NCBI RefSeq assembly: GCF_009914755.1
Contig: NC_060930.1
Origin: the human T2T-CHM13v2.0 reference genome, Homo sapiens
Length of the DNA: 64,000 bases
Strand: one strand, 5' to 3'
Below the pieces are notes generated by a model, which made no database searches, was not told the DNA's origin, and saw only the letters and a program-made list of their open reading frames with translations. A program made the position numbers and the translations under genes. Shown here in pieces: positions 54,736 to 64,000 of this stretch. Within the stretch, counting starts at the first letter, position 1. The number at the start of each line of letters is the position of its first letter.

Positions 54736-57700
54736 GTCATATAAAATATGCATTTTAAAATATATTTACTGGGAAATATAACCATTTGTTGACCCAAGAA
54801 TCACCCCATATTTGGAACTGTCATTTATGCAAAAGTTATGAAAGTTGAGCTCTAGTAGGAAATTTAATTCAAATATCTGTAAAAGTATTTACATAGAAAA
54901 GACTATTGTTTCCTACATATAGGAGCTTATAACAGAACATTTTTAAACTCAAAAGTGTCTCTCCAGGTATTAAGCACAATGCTAGGCACTAAGAATTTAA
55001 AGATGCATAAGGCCCAACCTTCATTTAAAGAACACTGCAGTTAAACAGACAAATAATTGGATCACTTAAAAATAATATACAGGTGCAGTACCAACAATGT
55101 TTCCAAAGAGTACCGGGTAAGAGCAGCCAATCGCAGGAGTATGGGGGTGGGGGGATTGGGAAAATAGGCCAAAGAAAGCTAACTGGAGTTGTTGGGTGTA
55201 AATCAGGCCATGAGGCAGGAAAGGGTATTCCGGGCAGAGGGAGAGAATCGTCATTGTGATCCAAATAACAAAGTCAGTCATATTTTCAGCACTGCTGCAG
55301 CTCCTGATGGGTCACTAGGTTTTGGGACTAGACTCAAGCTCTGAACTTTAAGATACAATTTTATTATTTCTCGCACATCTGAGCTCAGTCTCAGTGATGA
55401 CCCATAATCACTAGATTCATAAGAAGCTGATTTTCAGCCATATATCACATATGACTATACACAGAATTTGAAATCTTGCACAATAGCCAACTGACCATAT
55501 GTTCACAGAGCCCCCAATTTTTAGCCTGTTTGTTGAACTCATTTAGGAAATCAAATTAGAGATCAGAATGTTGACCACTCAGCATCAAAATGGAACAAAG
55601 GTCATAGACATTCTTGGGACACATTTCCAACAACCCAGGTTAGTGGATGCTCTTCACTTTTTCAATTTGCAAATATCTCAACCTCAATGACACCTATTGC
55701 TCCTTGAGGGTTAGAAGAAGCATCCTTTTCTGGAGACAACTGAATAAAATCTGTTAACTTACTGCTTTATGGCTCTCTAGTTTTAGAATTTGTGCAGGAT
55801 TATGGATTTAAGATACCATATTTCAGGCTATTATATTACAATGTGATTGACTTGGCAACAGCTTTCTCTAATACCAAATCAATAATTATGTATGTTGTTT
55901 TAAAGAAATGCTATGTATTCTCGATTGGATATGGTGGGCTCATTTCTAGACAAAAAAATAAAAAAATAAAATCCTTTCCCATTGTAAGTTAATTCTGCCA
56001 TGTTGATATTCATCAACTGTTGATTTTTGTTAGATTTCAAAATTCAGAAAATTTTTCTTTATGTTATCTCTCAATTCAGAGGCTTTTTAAATTTTTAATT
56101 TACTTTTACTTTTGTAGCTGACTGCTTACTGACTAATGCATTTTTACTTCTAGGGCCAGGCAATGAAAGAACTGCTTAAATACGCATCTCTGGTATGCAG
56201 AGAGTATTAGAATTAAAGCTGAGAAATGAAAACCAAAACACTATGAGAGAGAAAGTTATTATACTTCATTTTCAAACTTCAGACATAGAAGAGAAACCCC
56301 AAATGTACTATATTTTCATTTCTTGCATTTTCTTCTTTGGTATGTCACCCAGGCCAAATTCATGCCCTGTCCTCTTCGACACCTTTAAGTCAATTTCTAA
56401 CCATATAAACTCATTAAAAGTTGTTCATGTTTTTTGAAATTTTGTCTTGCATTTAATAAATCAATAAGTAATGATTTCCCAAGTTGAACATTGTAATATC
56501 TACCAAAAGGGAAAGAATCATCTGTGAAAAACATAGTCATAGTTCTTTGTCATTATGGATCTCAGATTATTACTGGGGAGACAAAATACATATATGAAAA
56601 GATATCAAATATTTTTTAAATTAAAAATCAGTATGTAAAAATTGCTTTACTAGAGAATATAATCACTCGCATTTCAAAATTTAAAAAAGTTATAATAGGG
56701 GTTTAGAGTAGTTCGGAAGCTTTAATAATTCAGGTGGGACTGGTGGTGACTCTTAAAGCATGGATAGGTTAACCAACAAGTGGCACAGATTTTAGAAAAA
56801 GACGAGCATGAGAATAAGCAGAGATAGAAATGAGTGTGTGTTTGTGTGTGTGTGTGTCTGTGTTGACGAGCAGTCTATAATAAATATCCCTATTGGGAGA
56901 AAGAATGTTCCTGTTCTGAAAGACAGGTAAATATATTTGAACATGTAAAAATAGCTATCATTTATAAAGTGCTTACAATGCTAAATGTCCTACATAAATT
57001 ATCTCTCTTCATCTTTAACCAAAAATCGGTGAAGTAGATAGCACCATTTTCATCTCCATTTTACTGATGAGGAAGCTGGGGCTTAGTGCCTAAGGTCACA
57101 CAGCCAAAGAATAGTGGAGCCAAGATTGGTACTTAGAAAGCTTGACTGCTGAGTCTAGGATACTTTTAAAGGAGAATCAGGCCACATATTTAATGACCTT
57201 AATTATAAGAAACATGAATTCCAACCTGACATTTTAAAGTAACAGAAGACCATTATAGTTCTGAGTGACATAAAGAAACTGACATCTAAAGATGAGTTGT
57301 CTATCAGAGGTACATAGAGTGATTTGGGATGAGCTGATGAAATCAATAGGGAGAAAGGGGTAAAAGTGAGGACAACTCAATAATAAAAATTATCACCACT
57401 TCCTTATGTCTCTGCATTGTTTGTAGTACTGACAGATGTTGGGGTATAGTAAAAAGTTGGGCAGCATAGCCTGCACTCCTCCCAGCACTACTCATTCCCC
57501 CATTGAGCTCTTTCTGAGGTAGCTGAAGGAGCTAGACTGGGCCCCATGTGTGAGGTACTTTAAGGTTTGAGTAATTTGGCCAGCTGTGGAGATATTATTT
57601 TGTGAGCCAGGAAATAAAATGAATAATACTCTAGATATCTGGATTGGGTGTAATTCATTGCTTAAGCATGCATGATACTCACCTCAAGGCTCATTAGACC

Positions 57701-58234
57701 TGGCTGTAATTCAGGATATGCCCTCATTTTTATTGACAGACACCATGGCCATGAATGGGTTTCCGGTATGCTAAGCATTGCAGTATGATATGATTTCTGA
57801 CTTTCTCTTTTCTTCTTCTGCTTACTCCTTGGCTTTTAACTAAATTCTACTATACAATAGTCATTTTGATTGATTCGTGCTTTTAATGTTTTCAAAAATT
57901 CCAATGTGCTTTGACACTGGTAGTTCTGTAAAACAATGATGTAAGTAGAGAATTAAGTCCAAGCAGCAACAAATTTTTTCTTTTGAATTCAGCAGACAGA
58001 AATATTTTAACTTCCTAGCCTATGCAATATAGAAAAATGTTCATGTTTAAAAAAGGAAAAAATAACTGAAGTATATAGGCACTACAGTCCCTGAAATTTT
58101 CTGTAACAAAAACAACAAAATAAGAATGCTTTCATGTTGTAGATAGCCATATTTTAAAACTCAATGAGCAGTATTATTGCCAAGAGTAATTAAGTTATTC
58201 AGATTTTGACCATATGGCATATAGCTACAATAAC

Positions 58235-58761
58235 TGTTTTAATGTCCCTTTTTACTAATTCTATCATCTATGCTACTTTTTACTTTGGAGGCTGTTTCTA
58301 TTGATTATTTTTTCCTTCATTATATGGGTTGTATTTCTCACTTCTTTGTATATCTGTAATTTTTGACTGGATGACAGATGTGAATTTCATGTTGTTCAGT
58401 GCTGATATTATTTTTGTTTTCTTTTAAATATTCTTAAGCTTTCTTCTGGGTTGCAGTTAAGTTACTTGGAAACAGTTTGATCCCTAAAGTTGCTCCTTTT
58501 AAGCTTTGTTAGGTGAGACCAGAGTATTAAATTTAGGACGAAATACTCCTCACACTGGGGCAATACTCTTCCAAATACTCTACCTAATGCCTATTTTATT
58601 ATGATTTTTCCCCCTATTTTGGCTGGTGGGAATATGAACTATTTCCCACCTTGTGTGAGCTCTGGAGGTTCTCCTGCTTGCTCCTTGCTACTAGTTCTCT
58701 CCCTGCTCAGGTGGCTTCCTCACACACAGGTGCTCATCCGTACCCAGCTGAAGCCCTCTAC

Positions 58762-58820
<59 letters not shown>

Positions 58821-59355
58821 CCTCCCCCTCCCCCTCCCCCTCCCTCTCCCTCTCCCTCTCCCTCTCCCTCTCCCTCTCTCCCTCCTCTCTCCCTCCTCTC
58901 TCCCTCCTCTCTCCCTCCTCTCCCTCCTCTCTCCCTCCTCTCTCCCTCCTCTCCCTCCTCCCTCTCTCTCTCTCTCTCTCTCGTTTTTCTCTTCCTTTCT
59001 CTTTCTCTCTCACCCTCTCTGTGCAACTCTCTTGGTCATTCTCCTCTCTCTGTGCAACTCTTTCCTATCCAGTATTTTGCTCTGCAAATTCCATCCACCT
59101 TTGCCTCTGAATTCTCAACTCCGTCTCCTCAGCGCAGGAAGACCTTCAGACTCCCAGCACGGTGGCCAGGAAACACTCTGCAAGCAGTAAGTGGGGACAT
59201 CCTGGGGCTCACTTAGTTTGTTTCCCATCTCTCAGAGATCTTTCTCACACTGTCTGTTTTTTGATGTCTAAAATATATTCAGACTAGTTTCTTAGTTGTC
59301 TAATGATAGTGAGTATATCTGGTCCTGGTTACCTGTCTTGATTGGGAGTGAAAGT
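58235..59355 (-). mobile_element. Old L1M 5' region
   Basis: gcagttaagttacttggaaacagtttgatcc is the reverse complement of ggatcaaactgtttccaagtaacttaactgc at ~51951-51980. Confidence 0.75.
58766..59050. repeat. ~285-bp polypyrimidine/polypurine tract: (CT)n, (CCCCCT)n, (CCCTCT)n and higher-order units
   Basis: Nearly pure C/T on the + strand. Confidence 0.95.
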
Positions 59356-61663
59356 ACAGTTATTCAAATTTTTAAATATGTCAAAAAATAAAGTAAAAAT
59401 TTGAAAACTTTTGGTGCTTACAGTAAATTGTTAGACTTACTTGTGCTCGAAATTCAATCTAGACTCACTTAGAAGATATCCTGCAAGCCCTGTAAGCAGA
59501 GGATCTCTTCCAAATTCTCGTTATGTCTCTTCATAGCGAAAATTGATGTTAAAATTATATCGTCCTACATATCAAATTTTTGTGAAGAGAAATGAGCCAA
59601 AAAAAGAAAAAAAAAAAGAATTTCCAGAACAGCGATTGTGGAAGTCTGTTAACCACATTTGGGATCGAAACAGTGGTGATATGTATATTTATATGTATAC
59701 GAAAACCTACATACTTTGTTTGGAGTGGTGTTATAACTGATTACTGACAATAAAATGTTTGAGTGCAATGGGTGTTATGATTAATTGAGTTTTTGGTTAA
59801 ACTAATATTAGTTTGATGCCTCTTGTTTTATTCCTTGCATTGAAAAATTTTCTAATATTGATTATATTCCTGGTAACTAGAGAAAATTTGATGTAATTAA
59901 GCTTTTGTGAACTTAATTAAGTTTATATTTTTCATATATCTATGATTCAAGTAGTGTATCTAGGTCAAAGTGTTGAACATCAGTAATCACTTTGTAGCAC
60001 TGTAGATGTGGCTAATGTGGTTTCACTGGGGCTCAATGGTCAGTATATTGATTAGATAAAAGATATTCAGCATCTAGAAAACCAGACACAGATATATTCC
60101 CACATCGGGGCTGGCATATAGTCCAGAGGAGGTTCCAGGAGAGCAAGCAGGAAAGGTCTTGGCTAGTGGGGAGGTGACAACTAAGAATCCAACAGGAAGT
60201 AATAGATGGCTTACAGGTGGGAAGGAAGGTCTGGCAGTAAATAGAACACTCCAGATCCAGGAAGACTGTAACTTTTGGAAGACCTGGATGTAGGTAACCT
60301 GGGAAAACACATGGAAATTAGAGCATTAGTCTCAGAAGAAGATGGAGTAGGGAGGGACAGGCAAGGCAGTATTCTCCAAGGAACTGGGAGAATGAGAAGA
60401 GGGGACTTAGATAAACACGAGAGTAGAAGTACTGAATGGTATTATAAAGTGACTTGATTAAAGTCGTATTTGCTACAGGGATGAGAATGTGGTTTCCCCG
60501 GCACCTTGCCTATGGCTATGGATCTGATCTGTTAAAGTGGGGTCACACCTAAACATGTAAATGACTGTAGACACCCATGTGAGAGACCTTAAAAAGAATG
60601 AGCCAGCCAGTTTGTTATAATGTTGGAGAATGTGCTGTGTGTACCATTCCTAACCCTTTAAATCAACTCCACAAAACTCCATAAACATGTGCTGAGAGTT
60701 AAAAGCTGTCAGGGCTTATCACACGGGGAATCAGTCCAAACCTCCTCTCTTTCACCTGCTTGCAATATTCCCTCATAGCAGCTCTCCTTGTGTTTCAGGA
60801 CTTCAAATCCTCCAACTACATACTCTCAATTTTTCTTTTGACACTTGGTACCTTGCCCTTGATTAAGGTTTTTGCTTGGCCTGGTCTTTCTGAGCATGTT
60901 GGGCCTCCCTCCAGGGCATTGCTTTGGAAATTCACTCTCTGATCCTTTGCTGTAGACCCTGTATGCCATCAAAGACCCTGTGGCACTGATTGGTGTGTGT
61001 CCTTTAACCCCTTGATCAGTGGACAGTCTCGACCCTGAGTTCTATCCTAGCAATGACTTATTTGAATAAATACCTGAGGTAAATTTGTTCTCTTTGGTTT
61101 GGTTCAACACCCTTATATTAAATATCTATTGTGAGTCAGGGCAGTGATCTAAGTCCTGCAACTGCAAAGATCAGCCTCCACAGCTGAGGAGGTTGCAATT
61201 TAGGGTGAAGAACACACAGGTAGCAGATAATTACATTAGGGTGTGATGAGTGCTTTGAAGAAATCCACAGATGCATTTGCTAAGAAGAGGGGGCCATTTA
61301 TTCAGGAGGAGAGAGACATTTAACCCAGTATGGAGAGGAAGAGGTGGTTAGAAAATAGGAATGGTTTTCCCATTTGCCTCTTTGTGTCAACAAAAAGAGC
61401 ATGGGAAAATTCTAATCAAATAGTTTTACCAGATGATCATAAGAAGTCTAATAATGGATTCAAAATACAGAACCATCTACAAAATACTTTGAGTGGACAG
61501 TTTTCATCATAGTGCTCTTGGGGTGTGGTTAGAGCCTAGTTTTAGAAATTACCAATCATTTGGGGTGCTGAACATAATTTCCAGCTCTATCATTCCCAGC
61601 TGCATTCATGTCTCCAAGCCTTGGTGTGTCCTGCGCAAGTATAGATAATAGTTACTTTGCAAG

Positions 61664-62435
61664 TGTGTCAGTTATTAATTTATTGCCTCTCATTTCCACA
61701 TGCACTCTTCAGCATATGTTCTGTGATAACAGGAGTTTTTAAAGCATTTCTAACTTAAATTGAGCACAATGCTAGGTTTTCTTAATAGAGGATGCTGGAA
61801 GGACAATGGGAAAGAAGAGGTTTCCTGCAATTTCTGGTGTGGGATGGGGAGATGAGCAGTGTGGGTGTGAGGCTATCTGGTAGAGACTGTCCCAGCCACA
61901 GGCTCAGGATGCAGTCTCTCTGTGATCTTGCAGCCTAGGCCTGACAATGCCCATTCTGCAGCTCACTTTACATGGAACCTGGAGCACTGTGCAGCTTGTA
62001 TGCAGCTGCCAGGGCCCAGAGACTCACAAAACAGGTAGTCATTCCTTCTGCATTCTCTGCCACATTCCCTTCACTCTGAAGGCCTAGCCAGTGCCCAGAT
62101 TCCCACTGCATATTCATGACACCAGTTCCTGCTCACATGCCCACTACTTACACTCTGGAAGGTGGCCTGTCATTTGCCCAGCAACTCTAGACCAATTCTA
62201 GCCTGGCTAAATTATCAAACGTCTCCACTGTCTAGTGGTTGAACCACCCCTTCTCCAACAAAGTCTTACCCTCTTCCAAATTTCCTTTATTGGTTACTAT
62301 CAGTCCTGGAGTACTATATAAAATTTCTTCTTATCTTTTAGTTTCTACTTTATTATAGTTTAATTATTCTTTATATTCAACTTTCCCTGTTTAACCATTA
62401 TATGGTTTCTATCTCCTGACTGGACCTGGACTGCA
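61664..62435 (+). mobile_element. LTR41-like ERVL solo LTR
   Basis: 5' tgtgtcagttattaatttattgcctctca and 3' actttccctgttt...tggtttctatctcctgactggacc match the recalled LTR41 ends. Confidence 0.65.
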
Positions 62436-62894
62436 GCAGGATTTATCATGAGGAGTACATGAAGTAACATTTGGCATAATAAACGATAACAATTATAGCT
62501 AATCTTGTTATGTCTTCCTTCTCTCCAACAAAAACCTAAAATTCGCTTGTAAAAATATGTGTGTGTGTGTTTAAGGACTTGTCTGTGGGCGTGACTAAGT
62601 TCATTCAATGCTAGTTGTGCTTGTCCTTCAGTGTGCTACACTGTCACTTATTACCAGAAATGTAGATTTGAGGGCTTTAAAATGTAGATTTTAAAGGAAG
62701 CTTTAAGATCATCTAGTTCAACTCCATAGAAAGAAATTGATTAACAGTAAAGCCAAGATTCTTGCTCAACGTCACAGTGAATTCTGGGTGTACCTGTAAA
62801 AGAAGCCATCTATCTTGACAACCAGTCCAGGGTTTTCTCTATAGCTGGAATTTATTCTCTATATGAGTTTTAAAGACAGAATAATCTAGATGGC

Positions 62895-63326
62895 TGTATT
62901 AGTTTCCTAGGGCTGCCGTAACAAATCACTACAAACTGGTGCTTTAAAAAAATGGAAATTTATTGTCTCACAGTTTTGGAGGCCAGAAGTTCAACAACTG
63001 GCAGGGCTGTACTCCCTCAGGGGCTCTTTGCCTCTCCCAGCTTCTGGTGGCTGCCCTTATTCCTGGGCTTATGGCTATATCACTGCCTCCATCTTCACAT
63101 TACCTTCTCCTTTATATACCTGTATTCTCTGCTTTGTATCATTTATAAGGATGCTTGTCATTGGATTTAGGTTTTATCTGAATAACCCAAAGTGATCTCC
63201 TTATCTCAAGATCCTTAACTTAATTACATCTGCAAAGACCCTTTCTCCAAATAAGGCAGCACACACAAGTTCTGGGGACTAAGATGCACACATACTTTTA
63301 TTAGGGCCACCATTCAGCCCTGTACA
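62895..63326 (-). mobile_element. MLT1B/C solo LTR
   Basis: tgtattagtttcctagggctgccgtaacaa...tctcaagatccttaacttaattacatctgcaaagaccc...attcagccctgtaca. Confidence 0.88.
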
Positions 63327-63339
63327 ATGTTCTGTGTGT

Positions 63340-63659
63340 TTTTTTTATTTTTCTTTCTTTTTCTTTTCTTTTCTTTTCTTTTTCTTTTTTTTTTTTAATT
63401 AAGATGGTGTCTCACTCTGTTGCCCAGGCTGGAGTGCAGTGGCGTGATCTCAGCTTACTGCAACTTCCGCCTCCTGGGTTCAAGAGATTCTCCTGCCTCA
63501 GCCTCCTGAGTAGCCACCATGCCTAGCTAATTTTTTTGTATTTTTAGCAGAGACGGGGTTGCACCATGTTGGTCAGGCTGGTCTTGAACTCCTGACCTTG
63601 TGATCCACCCGCCTCGGCCTCCCAAAGTGCTGGGATTACAGGCGTGAGCCACCGTGCCC
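63340..63659 (-). mobile_element. AluS (AluSg-like) element with a (CTTTT)n tail
   Basis: Antisense Alu with an internal deletion near gtagc|caccatg. Confidence 0.93.
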
Positions 63660-64000
63660 ATTCTGTTTTGTGTTTTTAAAATAGATTTAGATCTCTAAGG
63701 TCCAGGATACAGTGCTTCATTAACTCAGTTAATAAAATACAGAAATGTTTTTCCAATAGTTATTTATTCCCCGGGCATATTATTTACCAAAGTGCTTTGC
63801 TTAGGTTTTGTAATAGTAGTCATGCTATGTGAACTTAGAGTGGGAAATACTTAGTCATTTTTCTATTATGTATCATAACTAGGTGTTTCACATAGCTGAC
63901 AGGCTGATCCTAATGCAAACTTATGTATGAGGAGAAGCTGGCTGTGACACACCCTTGTGTAATATCTTCCCCACACCATCAGGCAGGGGCTTTTACTAAT

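Noticed and set aside
58601-59190. (SL)n, (PL)n and (RE)n ORFs
   Set aside because: Translations of the CT tract.
61775-61800. CTCF site typical of LTR41
   Set aside because: Reads cttaatagaggatgctgg; core positions are mutated relative to the recalled consensus site.

Overview
Primate (almost certainly human) repeat-rich intergenic DNA with no intact protein-coding gene. There are two retrocopies. (1) A full-length, intronless KRT19 processed pseudogene on + (39609-40996; probably KRT19P1). It is disabled by stops and frameshifts, stays CpG-rich, and carries the exact mature miR-492 sequence. (2) A minus-strand NGRN (neugrin) retrocopy (5488-7140) inserted into an old L1 with target-site duplications. 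It is semi-processed: a 411-bp GT..AG intron 1 is retained while the exon 2/3 junction is spliced. A non-repeat orphan CpG island at ~43450-44000 is followed by a homeodomain/AP-1 motif cluster. The rest is nested L1 of several ages, 12 Alus, a full two-LTR THE1 element, other MaLR/ERVL LTRs, MER44/MER30 DNA transposon fossils, MIRs and simple repeats. The most unusual signals are the intron-retaining NGRN retrocopy, an apparent excess of C>A/G>T transversions at CpGs in the KRT19 copy, and several template-switch scars. Family names and comparisons with parent genes come from recalled sequences read by eye, not from a database search, and repeat boundaries are approximate. I found no clearly new multi-gene system.
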